DNA of 63,833 nucleotides, filler included, from Octopus bimaculoides (lineage: Eukaryota), in NCBI RefSeq assembly GCF_001194135.2. It is 5 parts of 5 records of this genome, joined end to end, with 100 filler letters (N's around TTAATTAATTAA, not from the genome) between each part and the next. Parts side by side here need not be neighbours in the genome. Positions count along the whole stretch, not along the records: positions 1 to 22,918 come from NC_069005.1; positions 23,019 to 32,447 come from NC_068991.1; 3 more parts are not named here. One strand, given 5' to 3'. The position numbers and the translations under genes were made by a program. Of this stretch, positions 13,901-23,572 are shown piece by piece (within the stretch, counting starts at the first letter, position 1; each line of letters begins with the position of its first letter). The notes under the pieces were generated by a model. The model did not search any database. It had not been told where the DNA came from and was given only the letters and a program-made list of their open reading frames with translations.

Positions 13901-16900
13901 NNNNNNNNNNNNNNNNNNNNNNNNNNNNNNNNNNNNNNNNNNNNNNNNNNNNNNNNNNNNNNNNNNNNNNNNNNNNNNNNNNNNNNNNNNNNNNNNNNNN
14001 NNNNNNNNNNNNNNNNNNNNNNNNNNNNNNNNNNNNNNNNNNNNNNNNNNNNNNNNNNNNNNNNNNNNNNNNNNNNNNNNNNNNNNNNNNNNNNNNNNNN
14101 NNNNNNNNNNNNNNNNNNNNNNNNNNNNNNNNNNNNNNNNNNNNNNNNNNNNNNNNNNNNNNNNNNNNNNNNNNNNNNNNNNNNNNNNNNNNNNNNNNNN
14201 NNNNNNNNNNNNNNNNNNNNNNNNNNNNNNNNNNNNNNNNNNNNNNNNNNNNNNNNNNNNNNNNNNNNNNNNNNNNNNNNNNNNNNNNNNNNNNNNNNNN
14301 NNNNNNNNNNNNNNNNNNNNNNNNNNNNNNNNNNNNNNNNNNNNNNNNNNNNNNNNNNNNNNNNNNNNNNNNNNNNNNNNNNNNNNNNNNNNNNNNNNNN
14401 NNNNNNNNNNNNNNNNNNNNNNNNNNNNNNNNNNNNNNNNNNNNNNNNNNNNNNNNNNNATTTACACCACCTGTCCTCGTCTGTTGTTATTTTTTGTATA
14501 TTCTCCCATATATATATATATATATACACACACACATACAGATATGTATATATATATATATGTATATACATATATGTGTGTGTGTATATACTAAATTTTA
14601 CATAGTAGCTTTAAATGATATTTTTGTTTGTTTTTTTTTTGTTTGTTTTTTTCTATTTTTCAGGTCGCTACTTTTAGTAACGGTGTCTTAAAACCATCTG
14701 TACCTAACTTCAAAACGGTCACAGAAGAAGTTCTTCAGACCATCCTGTTTTGTCCTGGCTGTCGCTGTCTAAATGACCAAGGAAACGCAGAATCTAACAT
14801 ACCAGGTTCGAGTTCTTTTGTTGGTGTAACAAACTTAATGCTGAAAGAATTGACAATTCGCAACTACTTCCACTACGACGACGACGACGTTCGCCTCTTC
14901 GACTGGCCGCTATGGGCAATTATTCTGGCAGTATTGACCAGTATCGGCATAATTTTCACCGTTCTGCTTTTCTTCTACCTTCTCATTGCCTATCCGATCC
15001 GTGGTGGAACTACAAGTCTAGGATTCTTGTTCTTAATCGGTATTCTTGGAATTTATGGCGTTAATTTCGCGTTCTTCGCCCAAGCGAGCATCACCGTATG
15101 CGCAGCCAGAAGGTCAGATGCAAATAATTTTCATTCCTATTTTCTTTACTTTCAAAACACGTTAAATTCTTCATAGCCCTGTCCATATATATATATACAT
15201 ATATATATACATATATATACATATGTATATATATATACATATGTATATATATATATATATATATANNNNNNNNNNNNNNNNNNNNNNNNNNNNNNNNNNN
15301 NNNNNNNNNNNNNNNNNNNNNNNNNNNNNNNNNNNNNNNNNNNNNNNNNNNNNNNNNNNNNNNNNNNNNNNNNNNNNNNNNNNNNNNNNNNNNNNNNNNN
15401 NNNNNNNNNNNNNNNNNNNNNNNNNNNNNNNNNNNNNNNNNNNNNNNNNNNNNNNNNNNNNNNNNNNNNNNNNNNNNNNNNAGAAGGTCAGATGCAAATA
15501 ATTTTCATTCCTATTTTCTTTACTTTCAAAACACGTTAAATTCTTCATAGCCCTGTCCATATATATATATACAAGCATAGATCGGTACAGGACGTTACCA
15601 ACGGTGCAAATAACATGAAATACGTAAACAACTAGGAAAATGGAAAACAGACAAGTAAACACAGGAAAAGGACCCTTCATCAGTTGTCGGCTGTTTATCT
15701 TCTCCTGATTTCGAGCATTCAACGACAATATGAGTCTTGAAAGACAGTTGCTCCCATAAATTCTAAAATAAAATTTAGGATCTATGGAGAGTCAAATTTG
15801 GGAACAAAGTCTCTACATGCAGGCGTACGCATGGTTGGGTGGTGAGAAGCTAGCTTCCCAACCACATGGTTCCGAGTTCAGTCTTACTGCAAAGCACCTT
15901 CTGCTAGTGTCTTCTACTATTGCTTCGGGCCGGCTAAAGCCTTGTGAGTGGATTTAATAGACGGAAACTGAAAGAGTCGTGTCTATGTGTGACTGTCTTT
16001 GTGTCTATGTTTCTCCACCACAACCTTTGACAACCGGTGTTGGCGTGTTTACGTTCGCGCGACTTAGCGATTCTGCCAATGTCTCCGATAGAATAAGTAC
16101 CAAGTTTTAGAGAGAAATTGGTACTAAGCTAGATTCATTCGGCTAAAAATTCTTCGAATAGATATAAGCTAATAATTCTTTTTAAAAAGATGTTTTCTGT
16201 GTTACGTCGTTTTTCGTGTTAAGTCGCATGTCTTGGAAACCAGTTACCGACGTAAGTTGAAGTCTGCTCATACTCCGATATTTACACTGATACACACCGA
16301 TTGTAATGTGTTATACTCTGTTATACTCTGTTATACTCTGTTATGCTTTTTCCATTAAAAAGTTTACTGACGAGCGGTTTCTTTTGTTGAAACTAGGTTC
16401 ACCATGGCTGTCGTTTATGTTCTCTGCTTTGCCTGCTTATGTGTAAAGTCTGTAGACAACTGGAGATATCGTAGTAATGAGATCGATAACCACGACTACC
16501 GCCGACTGTCCAGTAGCCTAGCTTTGGGTATTGTTACGCTACTCATCGTTCTCGTGCAGGTAAAGTTATAACGTTTATCTTTTTTTTCTAGACATCCAGC
16601 ACGGATGTGTAAACTGGCGCTCCGTCGGTCACGACGACGAGTGTTCCAGTCGATCCGATCAACGGAACAGCTTGCTCGTGAAATCAACGTTCAACTGGCT
16701 GAGTACTCCACAAACACGCATACCAGTAAAACAGTTCTTAGAGAAATTCAGCGTGACACAGAATGTGACAAGGCCGGAGCCTTTCAATTACAGCTACTCT
16801 TCATTTTTACCAGTTGACTACTACTACTTTTTCTTCATCTCCTCCTCCTTTTCGTCGTCGTTGTCGTCCTCGTTCTCCTCCTTCCTCTTCTATGTATATT

Positions 16901-19569
16901 GTCGTATTTTGGAAGGGTCATAATACCAATAAAAATACGCACTGGTTGTGTTCTACTTCAGGTTTTTTTTTTAATTAATCAGTTAATCAAAACCAATCAA
17001 TTATCAAATATTTATAAGGTTGTCAGCAAAAAAATTCGTTGCATTATTGATTTTCTTCTTTTTTCCTTCTCCCTCTACCTTTTTCTTCTTCTTCGTCTTC
17101 TATATGCGTGCATTGTTGTACTTTAGGAGGTTCGTTTACCAGTTAACATACACACTGGTTGTACATCACTTCTTGAATATAGTAATGCGATGTAAAGTTA
17201 TAACAAACCAATCAATAATCAACGAACTGATTGATTAGTTAAGAATAAGACAAAAGTGAACAATAACCAATGCATCTGTTTGTTGGCAAAATGACCCTTC
17301 CAAAATATGACAGTATTGGTTTCAGCACGCGGTTTTACATTAAAATTCTAGTAGAACAAATTCAAAACTGAAATATGTGTTTGTGTGCATGCTTGTGACA
17401 AAGAGAGAGAGAGAGAGAGAGTGAGAGAGAGAGAGAGAAGGAGAGAAAGTGGGAGAGAGAGAGAGAGAAGGAGATAAAGTGGGAGAGAGAGAGAAGAGAA
17501 AGTGGGAGAGAGAGAGAAGGAGAGAAAGTGGGAGAGAGAGAGAGAAGGAGAGAAAGTGGGAGAGAGAGAGAAGGAGAGAAAGTGGGAGAGAGAGAGAAGG
17601 AGAGAAAGTGGGAGAGAGAGATGGTGTGTGTGTGTGTGTTGTTGTACTTTGGGTTGGTCCTTTTGTCAATAAACACACGTACTGGTTGAACATCACTTCA
17701 GTTTTACTGTTAGACAATCTGTTGATAAATGAAGTATTGATTTTAATGTGCGTATGTATATGTATGTGAGTGTGTGTGTGTGTGTGTGTGTGTGCAATCA
17801 TGTATATGTATGTGTGTGTGTGTTTTTTTTGTTTATGTACGTACGCATGTATATAGAATCATATGTGTGTAAAATTTTCTCCGCTTCCTCTGTTTTTCCA
17901 GATCATCCTAAATATTGAATGGCTGCTTCTTGTCAAGCCTTCATCAGTGACCCTATATCCTACGATGAGCGTGCGCAGAGGTTATCCAGATACCCCCATC
18001 AAACTGCGGCACGATTACGAATGGTGCACCCCAGCAGACACCTATGACACCGGCATGGCACTTTCTTTCATATTCGTCATAATACTCGACGTTTTTGCCA
18101 TATGTTTCGGTTCGTTGCTCTGGGACAACGAGAAGAACTACTACGAGTCGCGTTGGATCGTGGTCGCTTGTCTATGTTCCAGCAGTTGTTTCCTCGTCTG
18201 GATGGTAGTCTCGACCTCTTCCGATGCAGTGTTCCGCGACCCAGCTGTAGCTATCGGCAACTTCATCAACGCCACCGCGCTACTGGCCGTCATGCCACTG
18301 CGCAAAGCCATTTTGTTAGTGAAAATCAAAAAAGAAGTCGAGGAAGAGGAAAAGGAGAAACCTTATTCTACGATCTATCGTGAGTATAAAAGATTTCCGG
18401 GCGTGACCATCCTGTCTTTTTTTTTCGGGCACAGTGTACCTAGAACAAACAAGTCTCATCGAGTATACGATGTCTTTCCTAGACTATAAACCAACGCAAC
18501 TTTCATTGAGGAATGTCATGTCTGGAGCTATTTTCTTGTTCAGACGTGTCTGTGTGTAGACACAGGCAAATAGCTTACAGTAGGCGTGGTTGTGAGGTTA
18601 TGAAGCTTGCTTCCCAACCATGTTGGGTTCCTGTCCCACTGTGTGGCTCCTCAAGCAATTGTCTTCTACGATAGCTTCGAGCCGATCAAAACTAAGTGGA
18701 TTTGTTAAGCGGAAATATATGAAGGAGCTTTAGCTGCTGTTTCTAGCATATCGAGTGTCCAGGTGCAGTTTTAGTATGCCAAGCTTTTCTGAACACATCT
18801 GTTACCAAAGGTGTTTCAATCATGACCATTACGTCTTATTGTATATCTAAAACTACGTTGCTTATTGTGTCCTGTTTTTCTATCTTTTGCAAAATGGTAG
18901 GGGTAGTCCCAAGAAAATATATTGCTGTTTACAGCAGGTCAACTGAACTGCGTAGAAAAGCCCTCATTCAAAACAGAATATTACTTGGTAATCTCTTTTT
19001 CGCTCGCCTCGAGCGAATAAATGCTCCGCTAACAACGCAGCTTAACTTAATGCCTCGCCTCGTGCATTTCAATGAATCAATTTGCATTTTAATCTTTTGG
19101 AATGTATTTAGAATAAATAGACAAATTATCATTCGAGATCTCGCTCTGCACAGAACAAATAATGATTTTTTTATCGGTTGGCAGATGTAAGCACTGATCA
19201 GAAAAAACAGCTGTGTTCGCTGACATTAGAAACAAAGCCAGTGGCTCGTTTAGGCTCACGTCTCCGGATGTTTCTAACTGACGAGACAGAGCATGTCGAA
19301 ACACTGGTGAACCAGAATCCCTTGCGCCAATGAGCAGCGAGAGTTATGAGCATATTGTCGCCGTAAAAAGGAGAAATCATTCTCCTGTGACGAGAACAAC
19401 AGCGACTAACATTTTTGCATTTGAATCTACTGAAATGTATTAAGAATAAATATGAGAATCATTGTCATTTAATTAATAATTGATTGCATGATTGATTTCA
19501 GATAACATTGACAGCAACAAAGTGTTCAGTGATTATACAGGGAACAACTACTCAGAGAAGTTTGCTTAA
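1..19569 (+). CDS. Gene model (5'-partial, gapped): multi-Venus-flytrap class C GPCR, >=4 VFT domains + 7TM
   Basis: Exons 1-483, 1713-2339, 3483-3804, 4596-5044, 6177-6324, (gap)7876-9079, (gap)11134-12082, 13391-13726, 14664-15112, 16397-16559, 17902-18379, probable 19502-19569. All visible junctions are GT/AG and phase-compatible. Class C motifs recur (GIFDVH, LDSC/LDTC, RTVP, WFxE(Y/F)Y..FxC, IN(A/S)VY/F), followed by seven hydrophobic segments. Confidence 0.9.
1713..2339 (+). CDS. GPCR exon: Cys linker + N-terminal lobe of VFT-b
   Basis: Acceptor CAACAG|ATC; IGSYD...[10 protein letters not shown]...IGAIFGVH...LDSC...SPAATS...YRTVPGE...FIQ; donor CAG|GTAAGT, phase 0. Confidence 0.92.
2541..2935 (+). 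mobile_element. R4/Dong-type non-LTR retrotransposon fragment (RLE domain), inactivated
   Basis: Conceptual translation with stops: [27 protein letters not shown]...[21 protein letters not shown]...LIDMSIP...K..KYKDL, the zinc-knuckle/RHD/PD..D pattern of RLE elements. Confidence 0.75.
3483..3804 (+). CDS. GPCR exon: middle of VFT-b
   Basis: Acceptor after a pyrimidine tract AACAG|GTG; VVLSGDD...EGICII...; donor ACAA|GTAAGA, phase 1. Confidence 0.85.
4596..5044 (+). CDS. GPCR exon: C-terminal part of VFT-b
   Basis: Acceptor TTTCAG|TC completes the phase-1 codon (Ile); [15 protein letters not shown]...STINAVY...QQK; donor AAG|GTAAGA, phase 0. Confidence 0.9.
6177..6324 (+). CDS. GPCR exon: Cys linker + start of VFT-c
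   Basis: Acceptor TCGCAG|GTC; VGTFNG...[10 protein letters not shown]...YIPGDIVIA; donor GCAG|GTATAA, phase 1. Confidence 0.88.
7022..7249 (+). mobile_element. Internally deleted mariner (MITE-like), 228 bp
   Basis: ~28-bp TIRs (TTGGGTTGTCCGGAAAGTTTGTGCCGAT / ATCGGCACGAACTTTCCGGACAAATCAA), TA on both sides; interior encodes a mariner C-terminus ([30 protein letters not shown]). Confidence 0.85.
7876..9079 (+). CDS. GPCR exon (5' end in N gap): body of VFT-c, the most mGluR-like module
   Basis: Frame open from the gap edge: [24 protein letters not shown]...GGGTSDSS...GYGATT...LRTVPTD...[14 protein letters not shown]...GYKE; donor GAG|GTAAGT, phase 0. Confidence 0.93.
9285..9530 (+). mobile_element. 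tRNA-derived SINE, family B (related copies ~15820-16045 +, ~18581-18712 +, ~23690-23805 -, ~49535-49650 -)
   Basis: Shared head GGCGTGGCTGTGTGGTAAG...GGTTCAATCCC (pol III A/B-box-like) and body AAGTGTCTTCTACTA...GGATTTGGTAGACGGAAACTGAA across several copies. Confidence 0.75.
9531..9620 (-). mobile_element. Short RLE-type LINE fragment
   Basis: Minus strand reads [25 protein letters not shown] (W..P..T.....N.PDIV motif). Confidence 0.5.
11134..12082 (+). CDS. GPCR exon (5' end in N gap): most of VFT-d, a degenerate module
   Basis: Frame open from the gap edge: [22 protein letters not shown]...LALDTC...[16 protein letters not shown]...YSK; donor AAA|GTAAGT, phase 0. Confidence 0.9.
12245..12450 (-). 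mobile_element. tRNA-derived SINE, family A (other copies ~9960-10120 +, ~21635-21806 -, ~21921-22068 +, ~22515-22562 +, ~24119-24334 +, ~29090-29225 -, ~41270-41400 +, ~41700-42070 +, ~51480-52170 mixed)
   Basis: Recurrent consensus AAGGCGGCGAGCTGGCAGAATCGTTAGCACG...GAGTTCAAATTCCGCCGAGGTCGACTTTGCCTTTCATCC...AAGTACCAGT...GGGGTCGATGTAATCGAC, often ending in (ATT)n tracts. Confidence 0.8.
13391..13726 (+). CDS. GPCR exon: C-terminal part of VFT-d
   Basis: Acceptor TGAACAG|CCG; PCTRYE...[12 protein letters not shown]...TFQT; donor ACA|GTAAGT, phase 0. Confidence 0.87.
14664..15112 (+). CDS. GPCR exon: reduced Cys linker, TM1, TM2, start of TM3
   Basis: Acceptor TTTCAG|GTC; VATF...FCPGCRC...[11 protein letters not shown] (TM1)...[20 protein letters not shown] (TM2)...VCAAR; donor AG|GTCAGA, phase 2. 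Confidence 0.9.
16397..16559 (+). CDS. GPCR exon: TM3, ICL2, start of TM4 (absent from the ORF track)
   Basis: Acceptor AACTAG|G completes Arg; [25 protein letters not shown]...[14 protein letters not shown]; donor CAG|GTAAAG, phase 0; 163 nt fits both neighbours. Confidence 0.88.
17400..17620. repeat. GA-derived minisatellite (~24-26 bp unit)
   Basis: Tandem GAGAGAGAGAAGGAGAGAAAGTGG units in the TM4 intron. Confidence 0.85.
17902..18379 (+). CDS. GPCR exon: end of TM4, ECL2, TM5-TM7, start of C-tail
   Basis: Acceptor TTTCCAG|ATC; IILNIEWLL...EWC...NYYESRWI...[18 protein letters not shown]; donor TATC|GTGAGT, phase 1. Confidence 0.9.
19502..19569 (+). CDS. Probable last coding exon of the GPCR ([22 protein letters not shown])
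   Basis: Acceptor GATTTCAG|AT fits phase 1; stop TAA at 19567-19569; strong donor AAG|GTAAGC at 19612/19613. Alternative 3' ends exist (see findings). Confidence 0.5.
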
Positions 19570-21072
19570 CAGTCTCCAGGACCACGCAGCCTTCTTTCAC
19601 CTGACAGACAAGGTAAGCAACTAACATCTTAAGTAAACGGCCATTATTTTCCATCTTCCATTTATAGAGAACTAAATTTTGTGGCTTCAATTATATAAAG
19701 AATATGTATGTATGTATGTATGTATTCCAGTGGGTGACAGCTTCGAAAAGAAAGCTTGTCCGGCCATTCAGAATACAGTACTCAAAGATAAGTCTGCGAG
19801 TGCTTAGTGTATATNNNNNNNNNNNNTGTATATATATATATATACACTCACACAAACTTACGCAAATATATAATAGAACAATCAGTACATTTTTTCCATA
19901 TCTGCCATCTTTGAAGGCCAAGTGGTGTTAGTTAACTGTGCGGTTATATAATATACGGTGTGAAACCGGTTGGTAAGATTCGCTGAAATGGATCTATAAT
20001 ACTGTATAGTTTGATTAATATATCCACTCTATTGACAAACATACGAGTGCATATTTTTTTCTGGCTTATAGATTCTTAGATGACTATAAACGGTCAATCT
20101 CTTGCGGATAATCAGGATATATGTCCGTGTATGTATGGGGATGTCTGTCTTTCTGTGTATGTGGTTGCGTGTGTGTATTGGGACAGACGAGTGTCTATAT
20201 CTTTTTGTATATGTACGTGTAGTTAACGCTCATTTGTATCCCATATATTTTTATTAATCCATAATATTTTCCTTTTATACTTTTAGAATTTCTGGTAATC
20301 CTGAATGTGACGTACGTAAAGCAGAAAAAAGTCAAGATTGAAATAATACAAAAGAACTATTCAAACAATGAAAATTTAATTAATTACAAAATAACCATAA
20401 CAGTAACAACTACAACTTAATGACAATTGAATTTTAAAAAAAATTCGCTGATCTCTCGAAACTATTTCGAAACGTTCCAATCAGCAACAGAATTTGGTCG
20501 TAAAATTGCATTATAAAACCATTTTGACAGCCACTAATCTGAGACAGCCTGTAATTTTATGATGCAATTTCATGTTTGAAAGTGTTTTTTTTATTTAAAT
20601 TAAAACATTCTATCATATTTTTTTAAAGAACGGATTTTTGTTTAGTTATATTCCAAACAGAAACTTCATGTGACAAATATATATATTTTTTTACTAAATC
20701 TCTCTAAAATCTTGATTTTCAAAATTGATGGAAGCATAAAGACAGAATTTTTTTTTTCTCATTAGAAATACGGCCTCGATAGGACGGAAGTTAAAATGCC
20801 ATTCTTTCAAATTACTTTCAAATATTGTATCGGTATCGGTTGTATATATTCTAAAGTTGAAAGTTGGTAGTCCGACATCTCGAAATAATATCGTTCTTAT
20901 AAAAACCACGTCCTTTTACTTTCTGAGTTAAAATCCGGCAGTAGTCAATTTTACCTTTCACCCTCTCAGACGGATAACTATCTTACTTCTGGGAATGATA
21001 AAAACAAAAGTACCACTTAAAATAATAGTGACGTCGATTGTCCCTCCTCACAAGTGTCTGTTCTTGTGCGTC

Positions 21073-21427
21073 TATTCCTAGCACTGGGCTTTATTAAGAG
21101 AGTACAGCCATGTGTGTACTTCTTGAACTGAACTGTATTAAGAGAGCACAGCGCTATGTGAACTTCTAGTACTGAACTCTGAGTACAGCGCTGTGTGTAC
21201 TTCTACCTCTGAGCTTTATTGAGAGAGTACAGCCTTATGTGTACTTCTAGCACTGAACTCTATTAAGAGAGTACATCACTGTGTGTACTTCTAGCACTAA
21301 ATTCTGTTAAGAGAGTACATCGCTTTGTATACTTCTAGCACTGAACTCTATTAATAGAGTACAGTGCTATGTGTACTTCTCTCTATGGGCTTTATCAAGG
21401 TGGTACAGCCTATGCGCACTTCTAGCA
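21073..21427. repeat. 44-bp minisatellite, ~8 diverged copies
   Basis: Unit approx. GTGTGTACTTCTAGCACTGAACTCTATTAAGAGAGTACAGCGCT, repeated head-to-tail without spacers. Confidence 0.85.
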
Positions 21428-22064
21428 TACACTTTCTTGTACTTTATTGTAAACAACCCAGCAGAAGAAAGTAAAGTAAAAATCGGCTATGGCGGGATTT
21501 GGATTCAAAACGTAGAGGGATTGCAAACTACGTGTCACAATATATTTTCCCCGATGCTCTGCCGATTCTACCATTCACCAAATTGTATTGTAAATAATTA
21601 TAATAAAAATAAACTATTACAATTTTTTCTGTTTAATTGAAAGAACTAATCCTTTCAAGACCTGAAATTTGTGGGGAGGGGAATAGTCGATTACATCGAC
21701 CCCAGTGTTTCACTGGTACTTAATTTATCGACTCCGAAAGGCTGAAAGGTAAAGTCGACCTCGGTGGAATTTGAACTCAAGAATGTCAAGGCGGACGAAA
21801 TGCCTTGACATTCCGAAGAAGAGATGTCGAACCTTCTCGTCTATTATTTAAGTATTTGTTCATTCATTCATCATCATCATCATCATCGTCATCATCATCA
21901 TCGCCGCTATCGTCATCATTAAGGCGATGAGCTGGCAGAATCGCTAGCACGCTGGGCGAAATACTGTCTCTATGTTCTGAGTTCAAATTCCGCCTAGGTC
22001 GACTTTGCCTTTCATCCTTTAAGGGTGGGGCGATAAATTAAGAACTAGTGAAACATTGGGGTCG

Positions 22065-22135
<71 letters not shown>

Positions 22136-22461
22136 CAACATCATTATTGTTGTTGCTGTTGTTGTTGATGTTGTTGTTATTTTTACTTTTAATCTGCATA
22201 TTTGTTACAGTCACTTGCCGAGACACACCTAGCGTCCTGGGGTGAGTGAGGGATAAGAGACGATACAATATGACTGAAAGCTTGGGGAGGGGAGGTAGTG
22301 AAATATCTTCATGTAATACAACACAGACATTTAAATGGATAGGATTTTTCTAAGGATGTGGGCAGTACTTGTCAGCACAATCTTTTGGATTTCTCTGAGA
22401 CATGGTTCTCCTGGGATGTCATCTAGATGTTTATGATATCCCTTTATTATTATTATTATCA

Positions 22462-22516
<55 letters not shown>

Positions 22517-22562
22517 GGTGGCGAGCTGGCAGAATCGTTAGCACGCCGGGTAAATTGCTTAG

Positions 22563-22810
22563 GCCATGACCTTCCCTGGAGAGGAAACGGCCATGGCATT
22601 CTTCGGAGCAGGTGCAGAAGAGTGCTTCCACTACATGGATTGTCTTTTTTTTTATCTCTGGCTCGAAGTGTTGAACCCAACACTTATTCCGGCTTAGGGA
22701 ACGTTCCAGGAAACCAGTTGGACCTACCTGAAACAGCAACGGATTTTCCTGCGATGTGATCAGCCTGGTGCGCTTTTGATCAGGTGTCACAAGACGTGGC
22801 ACCACTGAGC
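22563..22810 (-). mobile_element. Mariner transposase fragment (degraded)
   Basis: VPRLVTPDQKRTRL...FLERSLSRNKCWVQHFEPEIK matches the WVPxxL...FL.R..T.DE.W linker/first-D region; abuts a SINE head. Confidence 0.7.
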
Positions 22811-22918
22811 AGAAATTTACGTCATACCAAGTTCATTGTGCAGAATATTCTCAACTCTCTCACAGGATATGCTAATAATTTTGGTTATGTAGTTTATAGC
22901 CAATCGTAGCCATCCATC

Positions 22919-23018
22919 NNNNNNNNNNNNNNNNNNNNNNNNNNNNNNNNNNNNNNNNNNNNTTAATTAATTAANNNNNNNNNNNNNNNNNNNNNNNNNN
23001 NNNNNNNNNNNNNNNNNN
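22919..23018. other. Artificial scaffold join (same at 32448-32547, 43472-43571, 54768-54867)
   Basis: Each is 44 N + TTAATTAATTAA (stops in all six frames) + 44 N = 100 bp. Confidence 0.9.
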
Positions 23019-23190
23019 ATTGTCCTGGGTACGACATTAAACTGCTTCCGGAGGTGAGGCCGCGGTTCGGGAGTTCTGGAATTGTGAGGAACGTGGAGTC
23101 GCCCCCTTAATTAACATTACTCTCACGTCCGTTCTGATCCGGACAGTAACACCTACTTGGGTCCCATCTATGGGTTAAATAGATCACCCA
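23019..23190 (+). mobile_element. Probable SINE body fragment (third family)
   Basis: ...ATTACTCTCACGTCCGTTCTGATCCGGACAGTAACACCTACTTGGGTCCCATCTATGGGTTAAATAG resembles a SINE central domain as I recall it; not verified. Confidence 0.4.
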
Positions 23191-23533
23191 GGGGTAGAGG
23201 ATGCTCCCGTTATTTTTCACAGAGCCGTGGAAAAGGCAGCTCTTCTAGGAGAAAAATACTCCGACGTAAAACTTGCAATCAGAATATTACCAGTCATCTT
23301 GCAATGCTTGTCACCAGAACCTAATATGGTTCAAGTTTTTGGCACTGAAATTCAGTGACGTACAGATGTCTCACTATCATTTCATTTTTTGATCCGTGTT
23401 TGTATTTTATAAAGACCTATGGCGATGGACACGTGGCATGAAGTCTTATCCGTGCTCATGCATGGATGAAAGTAAATCAGAACAAAACTAGCTGAACATG
23501 AGACATATATCCTCTGACAAGATGAGGCAATCA

Positions 23534-23572
<39 letters not shown>

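Noticed and set aside
15108-15571. ~90-bp sequence containing the TM3 exon donor appears twice (15108-15197 and 15482-15571)
   Set aside because: Identical copies flank an N gap at an (AT)n tract: an unmerged contig overlap, not a duplicated exon.
18822-19190. 122-aa ORF downstream of the TM7 exon
   Set aside because: No compatible splice sites or motifs; AT-rich intronic/UTR composition.
21073-21427. Possible CRISPR array
   Set aside because: Units are contiguous and diverged, with no unique spacers and no cas genes, in a eukaryotic context.
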